Counted from the stretch's first letter, positions 17,919 to 28,115 are shown. The stretch: DNA of 64,000 bases from Thiotrichales bacterium (GCA_947478175.1 CANJUQ010000008.1:4761-68760); one strand, 5' to 3'. The notes: a model not told the origin generated them from the letters alone. Numbers and translations are program-made.

Positions 17919-18998
17919 TTAAAACAACGCTTCCACAAAATCTTCTGCTTCAAAGACTCTTAGGTCATCTATTTTTTCACCCACACCGATATATCTCACC
18001 GGCAATTTCAAATTCTTAGCCAAGGCAAATAAAATCCCGCCTTTGGCAGTCCCATCTAATTTGGTCAAAACCACCCCTGAGATATTCACAGCTTTCTTAA
18101 ATTCAATAGCCTGAATCAACGCGTTTTGTCCCGTTGTCGCATCTAAAACTAACAAAGTTTCATGGGGGGCCGTAGGGTCAAATTTTTGCATTACTCGCAT
18201 AATTTTATTGAGCTCGTTCATCAGGTTAATTTTGTTATGCAATCGTCCTGCCGTATCTGCAATGACAACATCGATCCCTTTGGCTCTAGCTTTTGTCATA
18301 GCGTCAAAGATTACAGACGCACTGTCTGCCCCATGTTCTTGAGATTGCGAAACCACTTCGATTTGATTTCTCTCACCCCAGACTTGTAATTGCTCGACGG
18401 CAGCCGCTCTAAAAGTATCTCCTGCTGCGAGTAACACTTTCTTGCCGTCTAACTGAAATCTTTTGGCAAGTTTCCCAACAGTCGTTGTTTTTCCAGCGCC
18501 ATTAATACCGACCATTAAGATCACATAAGGTTTTTTATCAGGATTTATAACCAACGGAATTTCGACCGGTTTTAATAAGTTATTTAACTTATTTTTTAAT
18601 TCTTCTATCAGGGCCTCTGGATTTTTTAATATTTTTCTTTCTGACTGCTCCGTTAAGCTGTCAATTATTTCTGTCGTTGCCTCAACGCCGACATCGGCTG
18701 ATAACAAGATTGTTTCAATCTCTTCGAGTAATTCTTGGTCAATTTCTTTTTTACCCAAAATTACTCTTGAAAGAGAGGCTCCGACGGCTTGTCTTGTTTT
18801 AGTTAAGCCTTCTTTAAGTCGCGTAAACCAAGAACCTGTTTTTTCTGTTTGATCTGTTTGATCTGTTTGATCTGTTTGATCTGTTTGATCTTCAGGTTTC
18901 TCACCTTCTGGCATTTTGTCTTTACTTTTACCGACTAATCGTGAAAATAGCCCCACTTTGGCAATACCCCTGTCCCTGAATCCAAAAAAGCGGGGCAT
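17919..18998 (-). CDS. ftsY: signal recognition particle receptor FtsY
   Basis: SRP GTPase motifs GINGAGKTTT, DTAGR and TKLDG, plus an acidic N-terminal domain. Confidence 0.93.
   Translation of the reverse strand: MPRFFGFRDRGIAKVGLFSRLVGKSKDKMPEGEKPEDQTDQTDQTDQTDQTEKTGSWFTRLKEGLTKTRQAVGASLSRVILGKKEIDQELLEEIETILLSADVGVEATTEIIDSLTEQSERKILKNPEALIEELKNKLNNLLKPVEIPLVINPDKKPYVILMVGINGAGKTTTVGKLAKRFQLDGKKVLLAAGDTFRAAAVEQLQVWGERNQIEVVSQSQEHGADSASVIFDAMTKARAKGIDVVIADTAGRLHNKINLMNELNKIMRVMQKFDPTAPHETLLVLDATTGQNALIQAIEFKKAVNISGVVLTKLDGTAKGGILFALAKNLKLPVRYIGVGEKIDDLRVFEAEDFVEALF
18845..18889. repeat. 9-bp tandem repeat x5 in ftsY (CTGTTTGAT)
   Basis: Five perfect copies, read directly. Encodes the DQT repeat run in the acidic N-domain. 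Confidence 0.9.
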
Positions 18999-19019
18999 TT
19001 TATAAGGACCCCCTTCTGA

Positions 19020-19478
19020 ATGACAGCGTTAACAGACTCCACCGATCAAAATAGCCCTGAGATCCCAAGAGAAATTCCAGCAGAGATCTCTGTAGAAATC
19101 TCTCCTGCTAAAAAAGCCCTGCTGGATCAAATTAAATCCATGCGTGAAATGTTTGATAAAGCCCATGAAACTTCTCAAAAAGCCCAAGATAATTTTGATG
19201 CAGTCAAACAAGAGATGTATCACATTGAATTTTCTTCAGACGAAGAAGTCGTCAAAATCAAAGCGGCCGCGGATGTCGAGATTTATCAAATCCAGCAGGA
19301 TCTTGAAAGCTATAAAAGAGAGATAGAGACCCAAGTTCATCAGCTAAGAGATCAGATCTCTCGGGTTTATCACCATGCCCCAGCTATTGATCCAACTATT
19401 AACCCAATGACTAATGAGGCTGTTGCTTCATATAAGTCTGATGATCAATCTCAGGACGATCAAAATTTTAATGCCTGA
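19020..19478 (+). CDS. hypothetical acidic coiled-coil protein (152 aa)
   Basis: ATG-initiated ORF with heptad-like helical content. Its 3' end overlaps the convergent lyase gene by 19 nt. Confidence 0.5.
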   Translation: MTALTDSTDQNSPEIPREIPAEISVEISPAKKALLDQIKSMREMFDKAHETSQKAQDNFDAVKQEMYHIEFSSDEEVVKIKAAADVEIYQIQQDLESYKREIETQVHQLRDQISRVYHHAPAIDPTINPMTNEAVASYKSDDQSQDDQNFNA

Positions 19479-20623
19479 TCTAAATCCGCTTTGAGATCTT
19501 CAATATTTTCAATCCCAACAGAAATTCTCACAAAGCTGTCCAAGATTCCTAGCTGTGCCCGAATCTCTGGAGGCACAGACGCATGGGTCATAATCGCTGG
19601 ATGGTCCACCAGGCTTTCTACCCCACCCAAGCTTTCAGCTAGAACAAACACTCGACAATTTTCTAGAAATCTTACCGTCCCTGCCAAATCAGATTTCAAC
19701 ACAATTGAAATCATGCCACCGGGTAATTTCATTTGTTTTTGAGCCAAATCAAATTGTTCAAAAGATCTTAAACCCGGATAAATAACGCGTTCTATTTTGG
19801 GGTGTGTTTCTAAAAACTCAGCCAGCGCTTTCGCGTTTTGACTATGCCGTTCCATTCTGATTGGCAAAGTCTTCAAACCTCTCAAAGCTAAAAAACTATC
19901 AAATGGACTTAAAATTGACCCAATCGCATTTTGTAAAAATCCTAATTTTTCAGCCAACTCAGGATTTTTTGTGACAGCCACACCACCAATCATGTCTGAA
20001 TGGCCATTTAAATATTTGGTCACTGAGTGCATCACAATGCTAAAACCCAACTCTAAGGGCTGCTGAATACAGGGCGTCGCAAATGTATTATCTGCGACGG
20101 AGATTAAATTATGTTTCTTAGCAAACTTTGAGACATGATCTAAATCCGTCAGTTTCATCATGGGATTAGTAGGGGACTCAACCCAGATCATCTTTGTATT
20201 AGGTCTCAAAGCGGCTTCAAGAGCACCCGGCTGATTCATATCGACAAAACTAAAATTTAACCCCTGAGAACGCGCTCTGACTTTTTCAAATAATCGATAC
20301 GTCCCACCATACAAATCATCCACAGCAATCACATGATCCCCATGATTTAATAACTCTAAGATTGTCCCTATCGCAGCCAGTCCAGACGCAAATGCAAACC
20401 CATGGGTCCCACGTTCTAGAACAGCCATGCATCGTTCGAATGCCATCCGAGTTGGATTTTGTGATCGGGAATATTCATAGCCCTGATGCTTTCCAGGTGA
20501 AGATTGGACATACGTCGACGTTGCATAAATCGGCTGCATCACAGCACCCGTTGAGGGGTCTGGAGATTGACCGCCATGAATCGCGTCGGTTTCAAAATGG
20601 TAGGGGGATGGGGAAGACATCAA
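19460..20623 (-). CDS. cystathionine gamma-lyase/gamma-synthase family PLP enzyme
   Basis: Typical Cys/Met-metabolism PLP fold: YSRSQNPT, VDDLYGGT, and SVTKYLNGHSD with the Schiff-base Lys. Confidence 0.88.
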   Translation of the reverse strand: MMSSPSPYHFETDAIHGGQSPDPSTGAVMQPIYATSTYVQSSPGKHQGYEYSRSQNPTRMAFERCMAVLERGTHGFAFASGLAAIGTILELLNHGDHVIAVDDLYGGTYRLFEKVRARSQGLNFSFVDMNQPGALEAALRPNTKMIWVESPTNPMMKLTDLDHVSKFAKKHNLISVADNTFATPCIQQPLELGFSIVMHSVTKYLNGHSDMIGGVAVTKNPELAEKLGFLQNAIGSILSPFDSFLALRGLKTLPIRMERHSQNAKALAEFLETHPKIERVIYPGLRSFEQFDLAQKQMKLPGGMISIVLKSDLAGTVRFLENCRVFVLAESLGGVESLVDHPAIMTHASVPPEIRAQLGILDSFVRISVGIENIEDLKADLDQALKF

Positions 20624-20671
20624 AACAGTTCCTTTTTAAATTAAAAAATTTAATAAAATAAAATAAAAAAA

Positions 20672-21622
20672 TTAAATAAATTTATGTTCCTGCATCCACT
20701 TATCATCGACAAACTTGGACAGATAATTCCGAATCGAATCTGGCAATAACACCAAACATTTTTGGCCTGGTTTTAAATTTTTAGCGGCTTCTAATGCGGC
20801 ACACATCGCTGCGCCAGAACTACCCCCCACCAATAAACCTTCTTCGCGGATTAATCTTCGAGCCATTAATAAAGACGCTTTGTCTTCTGTTTTTATATAT
20901 CGATTAATTAACTTGTTATCTAAGACCTCTGGGAAAAAATCATAGCCAATCCCTTCGACTTGATAAGACGAAATAAAATCCCCACCGCCCAAAATAGACC
21001 CCATAGGATCGGCACCAATAATCTGAATATGGGGAATCACTTCTTTTAATCTTTTAGCGACACCCGTAATAGTCCCACCCGTCCCAGCACCCATGACGAC
21101 CATATGAAGATCCTGTCCAAAATCTTTCAAAATCTCTTCGGCTGTTCCGTGATAATGCGCGCCAGGATTAGACGGATTGCTGTACTGATCCAAAATATGA
21201 GAGTTAGGCATGGACTGGTTTAATCTTTTCGCCAAAGAAATATGGGAGTCATAAGCATCCCAAGCCGCTTCTGTCGGCGTTCTATAAATCTTGGCACCCA
21301 AGGCTTCTAGGACGACTTGTTTTTCACGACTCATTTTTTCAGGCATGGTAATAACAACGTTATAACCCTTCACGGCTCCCGCTAAAGCTAAGCCGATGCC
21401 TGTATTCCCAGAAGTGGGTTCAATCAAAGTATCACCCGGCTTGATTCGACCTGATTTCTCAGCATCTTCGATCATTTGATAAGCAATTCGATCTTTGATG
21501 GATCCGCCAGGATTAAAATATTCACACTTGGCATAGAGCTCACAGGCTAAGTCAGACCCAACCCGATTTAATTTGACCACTGGCGTATTGCCAATGGTTT
21601 GTAAAATATTTTCAAAGATCAT
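20672..21622 (-). CDS. cystathionine beta-synthase-type PLP enzyme, catalytic core only
   Basis: Has GGSIKDR and PTSGNTGIGLA motifs. The C-terminus LPDSIRNYLSKFVDDKWM resembles CBS (human [20 protein letters not shown]). At 316 aa it has no Bateman module. Confidence 0.8.
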   Translation of the reverse strand: MIFENILQTIGNTPVVKLNRVGSDLACELYAKCEYFNPGGSIKDRIAYQMIEDAEKSGRIKPGDTLIEPTSGNTGIGLALAGAVKGYNVVITMPEKMSREKQVVLEALGAKIYRTPTEAAWDAYDSHISLAKRLNQSMPNSHILDQYSNPSNPGAHYHGTAEEILKDFGQDLHMVVMGAGTGGTITGVAKRLKEVIPHIQIIGADPMGSILGGGDFISSYQVEGIGYDFFPEVLDNKLINRYIKTEDKASLLMARRLIREEGLLVGGSSGAAMCAALEAAKNLKPGQKCLVLLPDSIRNYLSKFVDDKWMQEHKFI

Positions 21623-21827
21623 CCGTAACTCCTAAGCCCAGCCAAAATAAAAAAGCACGGCACTATGGCAAAAAAAAGTACTTTTTTCATGCTTATTTTT
21701 TTCTTATTTTTTCTATTTTTTTACTGAATAGCCCATTTCGAAAATTCATAATTCTCGAATGGGCTCTATTTTCATTTAAGCGACATATATGCGCCAAAAT
21801 CAAAATATATGCGCCAAATTTTCTCTT

Positions 21828-23012
21828 TTAATCCCTTCTCAATTTGCTATTAAACGCAATCGGCGAGGGGTATTTCATAACGACGACATAAGACGACACA
21901 ATAAAAGTAATAATAGAAACCGCTTCGATGCTGATATACGCCTTTTGAGTAATCAAAGTACTCGAAAAAGCGAGAAACCCTACTAATAAAGAAAACTCTG
22001 ACGCCTGGCCTAATCTCATGCCAATTTCCCATGCTGTGCTTTTATTTTCGTCAATATTGCGATGTAAAAATCTATATACAACTGGCTTTAAAATAATCAT
22101 CAAACCCGCCAAAACTAACACGGGTAAAAGCACGCCCGGGAGTAATCTAAAATTAAATCCAGCCCCGACCGTAAAGAAAAAGACAATTAAGAAAAAATCT
22201 CTTAAGGGCTTTAAATTTTCAGCGATATATTGGGAAATTGGCGAAGAAGCCAAAGCAACCCCAGCAATAAACGCTCCAATTTCTTGAGATAAACCAAAGG
22301 TCCCAGCCACTTCAGAAAAAGCCAAACACCAGCCAATTGGGACTAAAAATACATATTCTTTAATACGATCAAATTTTCTAAATAATCGATGCAGTACAAA
22401 TTTCTCAGCGTAATAGGCCACGAGAATCAAGATAGGCACCGCAATTAAAGTTTTGACCACCATCCAGATATCAAAATTTCCTGTCCCTGGTTTCCATAGA
22501 TTTAAAACCAATAAAACCACAATCGCGATGACGTCTTGTAATAACAAAACAGAAACAACCACTCGACCAATATGCTGATGATGTAACACCGTCGTCGGTA
22601 AAAGTTTCAAACCAATAATGGTCGACGAAAACATCATGGAGACGCCAATGATGACTGAATCTTCCCAGTTAAAACCAAAGAGTTTAAAAACAGAAATTCC
22701 AACCGCTGCAAAGACCACCGAAGAAACAAGAGTGACTGCCATCGCCCCATGGAGCATTTTGATTAAACTTTTGGGCTGCAAATGCAGACCTAACAAAAAT
22801 AATAAAAACATAATCCCGACATTAGATATTTCTTGAATGGTCTGAGACGCTGGGATTAATTTCAGCCCATAGGGCCCAACTATTAAACCTAAAACAATAT
22901 AAGCCACCAACATGGACTGACGCGTAAACAAAGCCAGCGTCGCTAAAACAGACGCGCCGAAAAAAATCAAAAAGAAGGCAAAAGTGATGCTGTCATTCAT
23001 TGATAAAAACAT
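21828..23012 (-). CDS. cation:proton antiporter (CPA2/Kef-like membrane domain)
   Basis: 394 aa with about 12 TM helices and a Na+/H+ exchanger family sequence pattern. Confidence 0.8.
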   Translation of the reverse strand: MFLSMNDSITFAFFLIFFGASVLATLALFTRQSMLVAYIVLGLIVGPYGLKLIPASQTIQEISNVGIMFLLFLLGLHLQPKSLIKMLHGAMAVTLVSSVVFAAVGISVFKLFGFNWEDSVIIGVSMMFSSTIIGLKLLPTTVLHHQHIGRVVVSVLLLQDVIAIVVLLVLNLWKPGTGNFDIWMVVKTLIAVPILILVAYYAEKFVLHRLFRKFDRIKEYVFLVPIGWCLAFSEVAGTFGLSQEIGAFIAGVALASSPISQYIAENLKPLRDFFLIVFFFTVGAGFNFRLLPGVLLPVLVLAGLMIILKPVVYRFLHRNIDENKSTAWEIGMRLGQASEFSLLVGFLAFSSTLITQKAYISIEAVSIITFIVSSYVVVMKYPSPIAFNSKLRRD

Positions 23013-23074
23013 GGCCTTAAATAAGACGGGCGGGCATTATAGCCACCCCCCCGCTGCATTCACAGGAAATTTTT

Positions 23075-23491
23075 ATGCCTCAAAATTCAGAATCTATAGA
23101 ACTAAAAAAAGATTTAAAAAAATCACTACAGACAGAAGTTTCGCGCCTTGGTATTAATTCTATTGAGCGACATATTTTTCTTTGTGCGGATCAATCCAAT
23201 CCTAAGTGCTGTAGCAAATCAGAAGGATTACTTAGCTGGGATTATCTAAAACAAAGATTACAAGAGCTCAATCTCTCTGCGCCTGGATTAGGGATTCCAC
23301 CCAATTCTGGCTTTCCTGTTTTTAGAACCAAGGCCAATTGTTTGCGCGTCTGTCAGCAGGGTCCCATCGCCGTGGTTTACCCAGAAGGCGTCTGGTATCA
23401 CTCGTGTAGCCCAGAGGTTCTAGAAGAAATTATTCAAAAACATTTGATTAAAGGTGAGCCTGTTTTGGATTATGTTTTTTATCCAGAGTGA
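23075..23491 (+). CDS. thioredoxin-like [2Fe-2S] ferredoxin-family protein
   Basis: The Cys pattern HIFLCAD...PKCC...[20 protein letters not shown] is typical of COG3411-type ferredoxins. Confidence 0.65.
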   Translation: MPQNSESIELKKDLKKSLQTEVSRLGINSIERHIFLCADQSNPKCCSKSEGLLSWDYLKQRLQELNLSAPGLGIPPNSGFPVFRTKANCLRVCQQGPIAVVYPEGVWYHSCSPEVLEEIIQKHLIKGEPVLDYVFYPE

Positions 23492-23511
23492 TTTTTTGAT
23501 CAAAAAAATAA

Positions 23512-23538
23512 GGGCGAATACAAGATTCGCCCCTACAA
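23512..23538 (+). repeat. REP-like hairpin (family A)
   Basis: GGGCGAAT-acaag-ATTCGCCC-CTACAA, in the convergent spacer before minE. Confidence 0.75.
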
Positions 23539-23565
23539 AAAACAAAAAATTAATACCCTAAAATT

Positions 23566-23856
23566 CTAAGCCGGCTCTAGCACCCGCTCTGTTTTGTCAA
23601 ACGTTCTTTCGACTCTGTCTGGCAAAGTAACATTGAGCTCTAAAATTTGACGCTCGCCTTTTTGGGCAAATTCCACGACGACTTGTTCACGATTCACATG
23701 AACATACTTCGCAATCACTTCCATGATTTCTTGTTGGAGTCTTGGCAAATAATCAGGATCTTGACGACTGGCAGATAAAATCACTTGCAAGCGATCTTTC
23801 GCGACAGACGCTGATGTTTTTGGCGGGCTTTTGAAAATTTTTTGTAACCAGTTCAT
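23566..23856 (-). CDS. minE: cell division topological specificity factor MinE
   Basis: Sequence ...SASVAKDRLQVIL... lies downstream of minD, with a 4-nt overlap. Confidence 0.9.
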   Translation of the reverse strand: MNWLQKIFKSPPKTSASVAKDRLQVILSASRQDPDYLPRLQQEIMEVIAKYVHVNREQVVVEFAQKGERQILELNVTLPDRVERTFDKTERVLEPA

Positions 23857-24674
23857 ACCGCTCTCCTCTTACCAAATAATTTCTGTAACAAGCCTCTTTT
23901 TTCGACGGTCATAAATCGATGCGGTTTTGCCTCTCCTAAGAAACGATCCACGGCGTCTAAATAAGCCTGACCTGCGTCAGATTCTTTATCTAAACTAACC
24001 GGCACGCCTGAATTAGAAGCTTTCAGAACAGATTTAGATTCAGGAATAATGCCTAACAAGGGAATAGACAAAATCTCTTGAACATCATCCACGCTAAGCA
24101 TTTCGCCTTTTTCTACGCGTTCTGGCGAATATCTTGTCAATAATAAATATTCTTTGACGGGCTCTTTGCCTTCTTCAGCGCGTTTGGTCTTACTGGCCAA
24201 GACACCCAAAATGCGATCAGAATCTCGAACGCTCGAAACTTCTGGATTAGTAACCACAATCGCTTCATCCGCAAAATACATCGCTAATAAAGCACCGCGT
24301 TCAATCCCTGCGGGAGAATCACACAAAATAAAATCAAATGTTTTGGCTAATTCATTCAAGACAGTCTCGACGCCTTCTTTGGTCAACGCATCTTTATCTC
24401 GAGTTTGAGAGGCCGGTAGAATATAAAGATTATCCACACGCTTATCTTTAATTAGAGTCTGAGCAATATTAGCCTCACCATGGATGACATTAATTAAGTC
24501 ATAAACCACGCGTCGTTCGCAGCCCATGATTAAATCAAGATTTCTGAGACCCACATCAAAATCAATAATGACAGTCTTATGACCTTTAAGCGCCAACGCA
24601 GTACCGAGTGCAGCGCTGCTAGTCGTCTTACCGACCCCTCCTTTCCCAGAGGTGACTACGATAATCTTTGCCAT
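23853..24674 (-). CDS. minD: septum site-determining ATPase MinD
   Basis: Has the deviant Walker A SGKGGVGKTT. Full-length MinD-like sequence. Confidence 0.95.
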   Translation of the reverse strand: MAKIIVVTSGKGGVGKTTSSAALGTALALKGHKTVIIDFDVGLRNLDLIMGCERRVVYDLINVIHGEANIAQTLIKDKRVDNLYILPASQTRDKDALTKEGVETVLNELAKTFDFILCDSPAGIERGALLAMYFADEAIVVTNPEVSSVRDSDRILGVLASKTKRAEEGKEPVKEYLLLTRYSPERVEKGEMLSVDDVQEILSIPLLGIIPESKSVLKASNSGVPVSLDKESDAGQAYLDAVDRFLGEAKPHRFMTVEKRGLLQKLFGKRRAV

Positions 24675-24717
24675 GTTTTACTTTCCCTAGCGATTATTAA
24701 TAAAAAAACGGGCGGCA

Positions 24718-25488
24718 TTATAGAGAGCCGATACACAACTGCCCATCTTGGAGATAGAGCTGTTTATAAAAATCATCATCGTCCGGACGGACGTCTTCGA
24801 ACACTTTGTAATGCCCAGCAATCGCGACTAAATCCGCTTGCAACTTGTGACAAAAAACTCGGGCTTTTACATCGCCATTGATCCCAGCTAGAGCACGTCC
24901 ACGCAACGTTCCATACACATGAATATTGCCATCGGCCAATAATTCAGCCCCAGGACTCACCGAAGAAACCACAACCAAATCTCCGCCCTGGGCATACACT
25001 TGCTGACCCGAACGAATCGGCGAAGTAATTAATGTCGTCCCTGTCTTACGATTTGAATTAGGAATTTCTTTAGGGGTTTCATCAGGATTAGGACGAGTGG
25101 TTTCACAGGTCACAGTTTTTTTATTGGCCAAACTGGGCTGAGCTTTGTCCGCTTGATTATTAGGCTCAATCATCACGGCGAACCCGGCTATTTGGGCTTT
25201 TTGATGGGCTTCTGCTGAACCGCCTCTCACACCGACCGGAATTAATTTATGCGAACGCATGACTTGATTAAACACATCAAAATTCACCTGGCCTTGTAAA
25301 GCAGAAGGCAATTTTGAAAGATCAATGACGACGGGTGCATAGTGAAAAAACTTAGGCGCTAATCTGATTTTTTCTGAAAGCTCGCGATCTAATTTTTGCG
25401 GATCGCATTCTAATAATTGCAAAACACTGAGGGTGAACAAACTGCCTTTGAGTACAAATGCAGGCTCTATTTTGATAACTTGTTCCAC
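24718..25488 (-). CDS. minC: septum site-determining protein MinC
   Basis: Has the C-terminal beta-helix motif IRSGQQVYAQGGDLVV...GAELLADGNIHVYG. Lies upstream of minD. Confidence 0.88.
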   Translation of the reverse strand: MEQVIKIEPAFVLKGSLFTLSVLQLLECDPQKLDRELSEKIRLAPKFFHYAPVVIDLSKLPSALQGQVNFDVFNQVMRSHKLIPVGVRGGSAEAHQKAQIAGFAVMIEPNNQADKAQPSLANKKTVTCETTRPNPDETPKEIPNSNRKTGTTLITSPIRSGQQVYAQGGDLVVVSSVSPGAELLADGNIHVYGTLRGRALAGINGDVKARVFCHKLQADLVAIAGHYKVFEDVRPDDDDFYKQLYLQDGQLCIGSL

Positions 25489-25701
25489 GACAACTTTCTC
25501 CCAAAAGATTTTGCAAAAAATGTAAAGGCGCTTTCAAAAAACCCCTTTCAAAAAAGGAGCCGCTTTATAAAGGTCTTTCCCCGTATTTTCAAGCTGAGGG
25601 AATGATTAAACCTTAACCATGAACCCTAGCCATGAGATGACAAATCTTTTTCAATTCTCAATAATCCGCCGCCCTGCTCTCACCTAACATTAAAAATTCT
25701 T

Positions 25702-26439
25702 ATGGCTTCTTTTATTTTTAAGCTTTTTTTAGCCCTACGTGCTGTGATTTTTTATCTGGTCATGGCCATCACTATTTTGATTGGCGTGAGCCTAGTTTTT
25801 ATCACCTGGCCCCTGCCCTTTAGCCGGGGAAGATTTCAAGTGATCAAAATTTGGTCCCGATTCATGGCGCTCACGGGCAAATATATTTGTGGCTTAGCGT
25901 ATGAAATCCAAGGCCTAGAAAATTTATCTAATCCACCTTTTATTGTTTTTAGTAAACATCAATCCGCTTGGGAGACCATTTGTTTCTCAGGAATATTCCC
26001 ACCCAATTGTTTTATTACTAAAAAAGAACTGACTTATATTCCTATTTTTGGCTGGGCTTTTGGGCTGTCAAAACATATTCCCATTGATAGATCTCAAGGC
26101 CGAAAAGCCATTCAAAAAATTTCAGAACAGGGTCTAAAAAGACTTAAAGAAAACATCAGCATTATTTTATTTCCCGAAGGCACTCGCGTGCCGCCTTTTG
26201 AGAATCCAGAGTTTCATAAAGGCGGATCGCTCTTAGTTAAATCAACAGGAAGTCCGATTATTTGCGTCGCTCATAACGCAGGACATTTTTGGAAAAGAAA
26301 TTCTTTTTTAAAAACACCCGGCAAAATTATTGTAAAGATCAGCCCGCCCATGCAGACAACGGGTCTATCTATCAAAGAAATAAATCAAATGGCCTACGAC
26401 TGGATTTGTCAGGCGATGGCTGAAATAGAAAATAAATAA
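25702..26439 (+). CDS. plsC: 1-acyl-sn-glycerol-3-phosphate acyltransferase
   Basis: Has the HQSAWE (HX4D-type) and FPEGTR acyltransferase motifs and an N-terminal TM helix. Confidence 0.85.
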   Translation: MASFIFKLFLALRAVIFYLVMAITILIGVSLVFITWPLPFSRGRFQVIKIWSRFMALTGKYICGLAYEIQGLENLSNPPFIVFSKHQSAWETICFSGIFPPNCFITKKELTYIPIFGWAFGLSKHIPIDRSQGRKAIQKISEQGLKRLKENISIILFPEGTRVPPFENPEFHKGGSLLVKSTGSPIICVAHNAGHFWKRNSFLKTPGKIIVKISPPMQTTGLSIKEINQMAYDWICQAMAEIENK

Positions 26440-26464
26440 AATTTAAAAAATTAAAGAGAAAAAA

Positions 26465-27214
26465 ATGGCTGTTGAAAAATTTAATCTAATCCTCGATCAC
26501 ACAAAATCGTTAGGTCCCAAATTAATTCACTTAGCTTTTAAAAAAGAAGATGGGCAAGATTTTAATTTTATTCCGGGCCAATTTATTACTTTTTTACTTA
26601 CTAATTCAGAAGGCCAGCTTAAACGCCGAAGTTATTCGATCTCCAGTATTCCCAATCCAAATAATCAAACAGCTCTCATAGAAATCGCTGTCTCTTATGT
26701 AGATGGCGGCATCGCCTCTGAGATTTTATTTAATTTAAAACCTGACGAATCTTTACCCGCCATGGGGCCTGCCGGTCGACTGGTCATGCAAGAAGACAAT
26801 GCAAAAAGATATTTATTAATTGGAACCGGGACGGGCATTGCGCCTTATCGATCCATGTTGCCTGAAATATCTAAACGCATGTCTGCGAATCCAGATTTTG
26901 AAGTCGTTATGTTACTCGGCGTTCAATACAGAGCTGACTTGCTCTATCTCGAGGATTTTTTAAATTTTTCTAAAACACACCCCAGATTTATTTTGAGAGC
27001 CCAGCTCTCCAGAGAAGATTTAAATCAAGCCAAATCTTATGAACATAAAGGCTATGTCCAGACAGCTTTTGATCAGTTAAATCTCAATCCATCTTCTGAC
27101 ATTATTTTTCTATGCGGTAATCCCAACATGATTGATAACGCTTTTATGGAATTACAAACCCTGGGCTTTGAATCAGGGTCTATCAAACGCGAAAAATACA
27201 TCTCATCCAATTAA
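26465..27214 (+). CDS. fpr: ferredoxin--NADP(+) reductase
   Basis: Has the FAD motif RSYSISS and the NADP motif GTGIAP. 249 aa. Confidence 0.85.
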   Translation: MAVEKFNLILDHTKSLGPKLIHLAFKKEDGQDFNFIPGQFITFLLTNSEGQLKRRSYSISSIPNPNNQTALIEIAVSYVDGGIASEILFNLKPDESLPAMGPAGRLVMQEDNAKRYLLIGTGTGIAPYRSMLPEISKRMSANPDFEVVMLLGVQYRADLLYLEDFLNFSKTHPRFILRAQLSREDLNQAKSYEHKGYVQTAFDQLNLNPSSDIIFLCGNPNMIDNAFMELQTLGFESGSIKREKYISSN

Positions 27215-27389
27215 ACCAAGGTGTTCCTAGCGTTATAAAAACACCTGGGTATAATCGCGCCCCGCCAGGTGGGTTAAGCGGGAGTTCTTTCCCATGGAGA
27301 TATCCAAAAATATTTTCATGTTTATCTTGAAAAAAAAGAAACTCCGACTAATTTCCGCCGGGTTCGATTTAACACTAGGGAGTAAATAT

Positions 27390-28049
27390 ATGAGAACACT
27401 TACTGCGTTAGCCGTTGCTGCCGCGTTATCTTTTGGCGTCACTGCCGCTTATGCAAGCCAGAGCGAAGGTGGATTTTCCATCGGCGTGAAGGGTGGTTAT
27501 AACGATATGTCTGTACCAACAGCTAGCCAAACTTATACAGACATCTTCAACGGAGACACGGTCAATGTGTCTGAAAAGAAAGATAAATACATGGCTGATA
27601 TTCATGTCGCTTATCTTTGGCCCGTTGCTGATACTTTCCAATTAGGTGGCCAATTGGGTTATTCCTATTATGGAAAATATAAAACAACTGTAACAGAAGG
27701 CTCTGACTCGACAGAAGCTACTGCCAAATTCTTTGACCCTAATTTACAGTTAGTGGGCCAATGGAATATCCAACAATGGTTCCTCCAAGCACGCGCAGGG
27801 GTTGGTTATTTCAAACCTACAGTCTCTAATGGCTCTGATAACGATGTAACTTATGAGACGAAGAGCACCTGGGACCCTGTAGCAGGCATTTCTGGCGGTT
27901 ACTTCTTCACCGACAACTTCTCAGCTGAAGTTTTCTATGATCACGTCTTTGGCACAAATTATAATTCTGCTTCTAATTTGAACAGCGATACTAGCAACAA
28001 GCCACCGACCATGAACTCCGCTGGTATTGGTATCACTTACAGCTTCTAA
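27390..28049 (+). CDS. outer-membrane beta-barrel protein (small porin/OmpA-like barrel family)
   Basis: Has a signal peptide MRTLTALAVAAALSFGVTAAYA, alternating amphipathic strands and a terminal YSF. Start at ATG 27390, after GGGAG. Confidence 0.75.
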   Translation: MRTLTALAVAAALSFGVTAAYASQSEGGFSIGVKGGYNDMSVPTASQTYTDIFNGDTVNVSEKKDKYMADIHVAYLWPVADTFQLGGQLGYSYYGKYKTTVTEGSDSTEATAKFFDPNLQLVGQWNIQQWFLQARAGVGYFKPTVSNGSDNDVTYETKSTWDPVAGISGGYFFTDNFSAEVFYDHVFGTNYNSASNLNSDTSNKPPTMNSAGIGITYSF

Positions 28050-28090
28050 TTTTTATAAAATTAAAGCTCAAAGTTTTATCAAGACTTTAA

Positions 28091-28115
28091 AAAGCCACCT
28101 TCGGGTGGTTTTTTA
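28091..28115 (+). terminator. rho-independent terminator
   Basis: CCACC-ttcg-GGTGG followed by T6. Confidence 0.7.
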
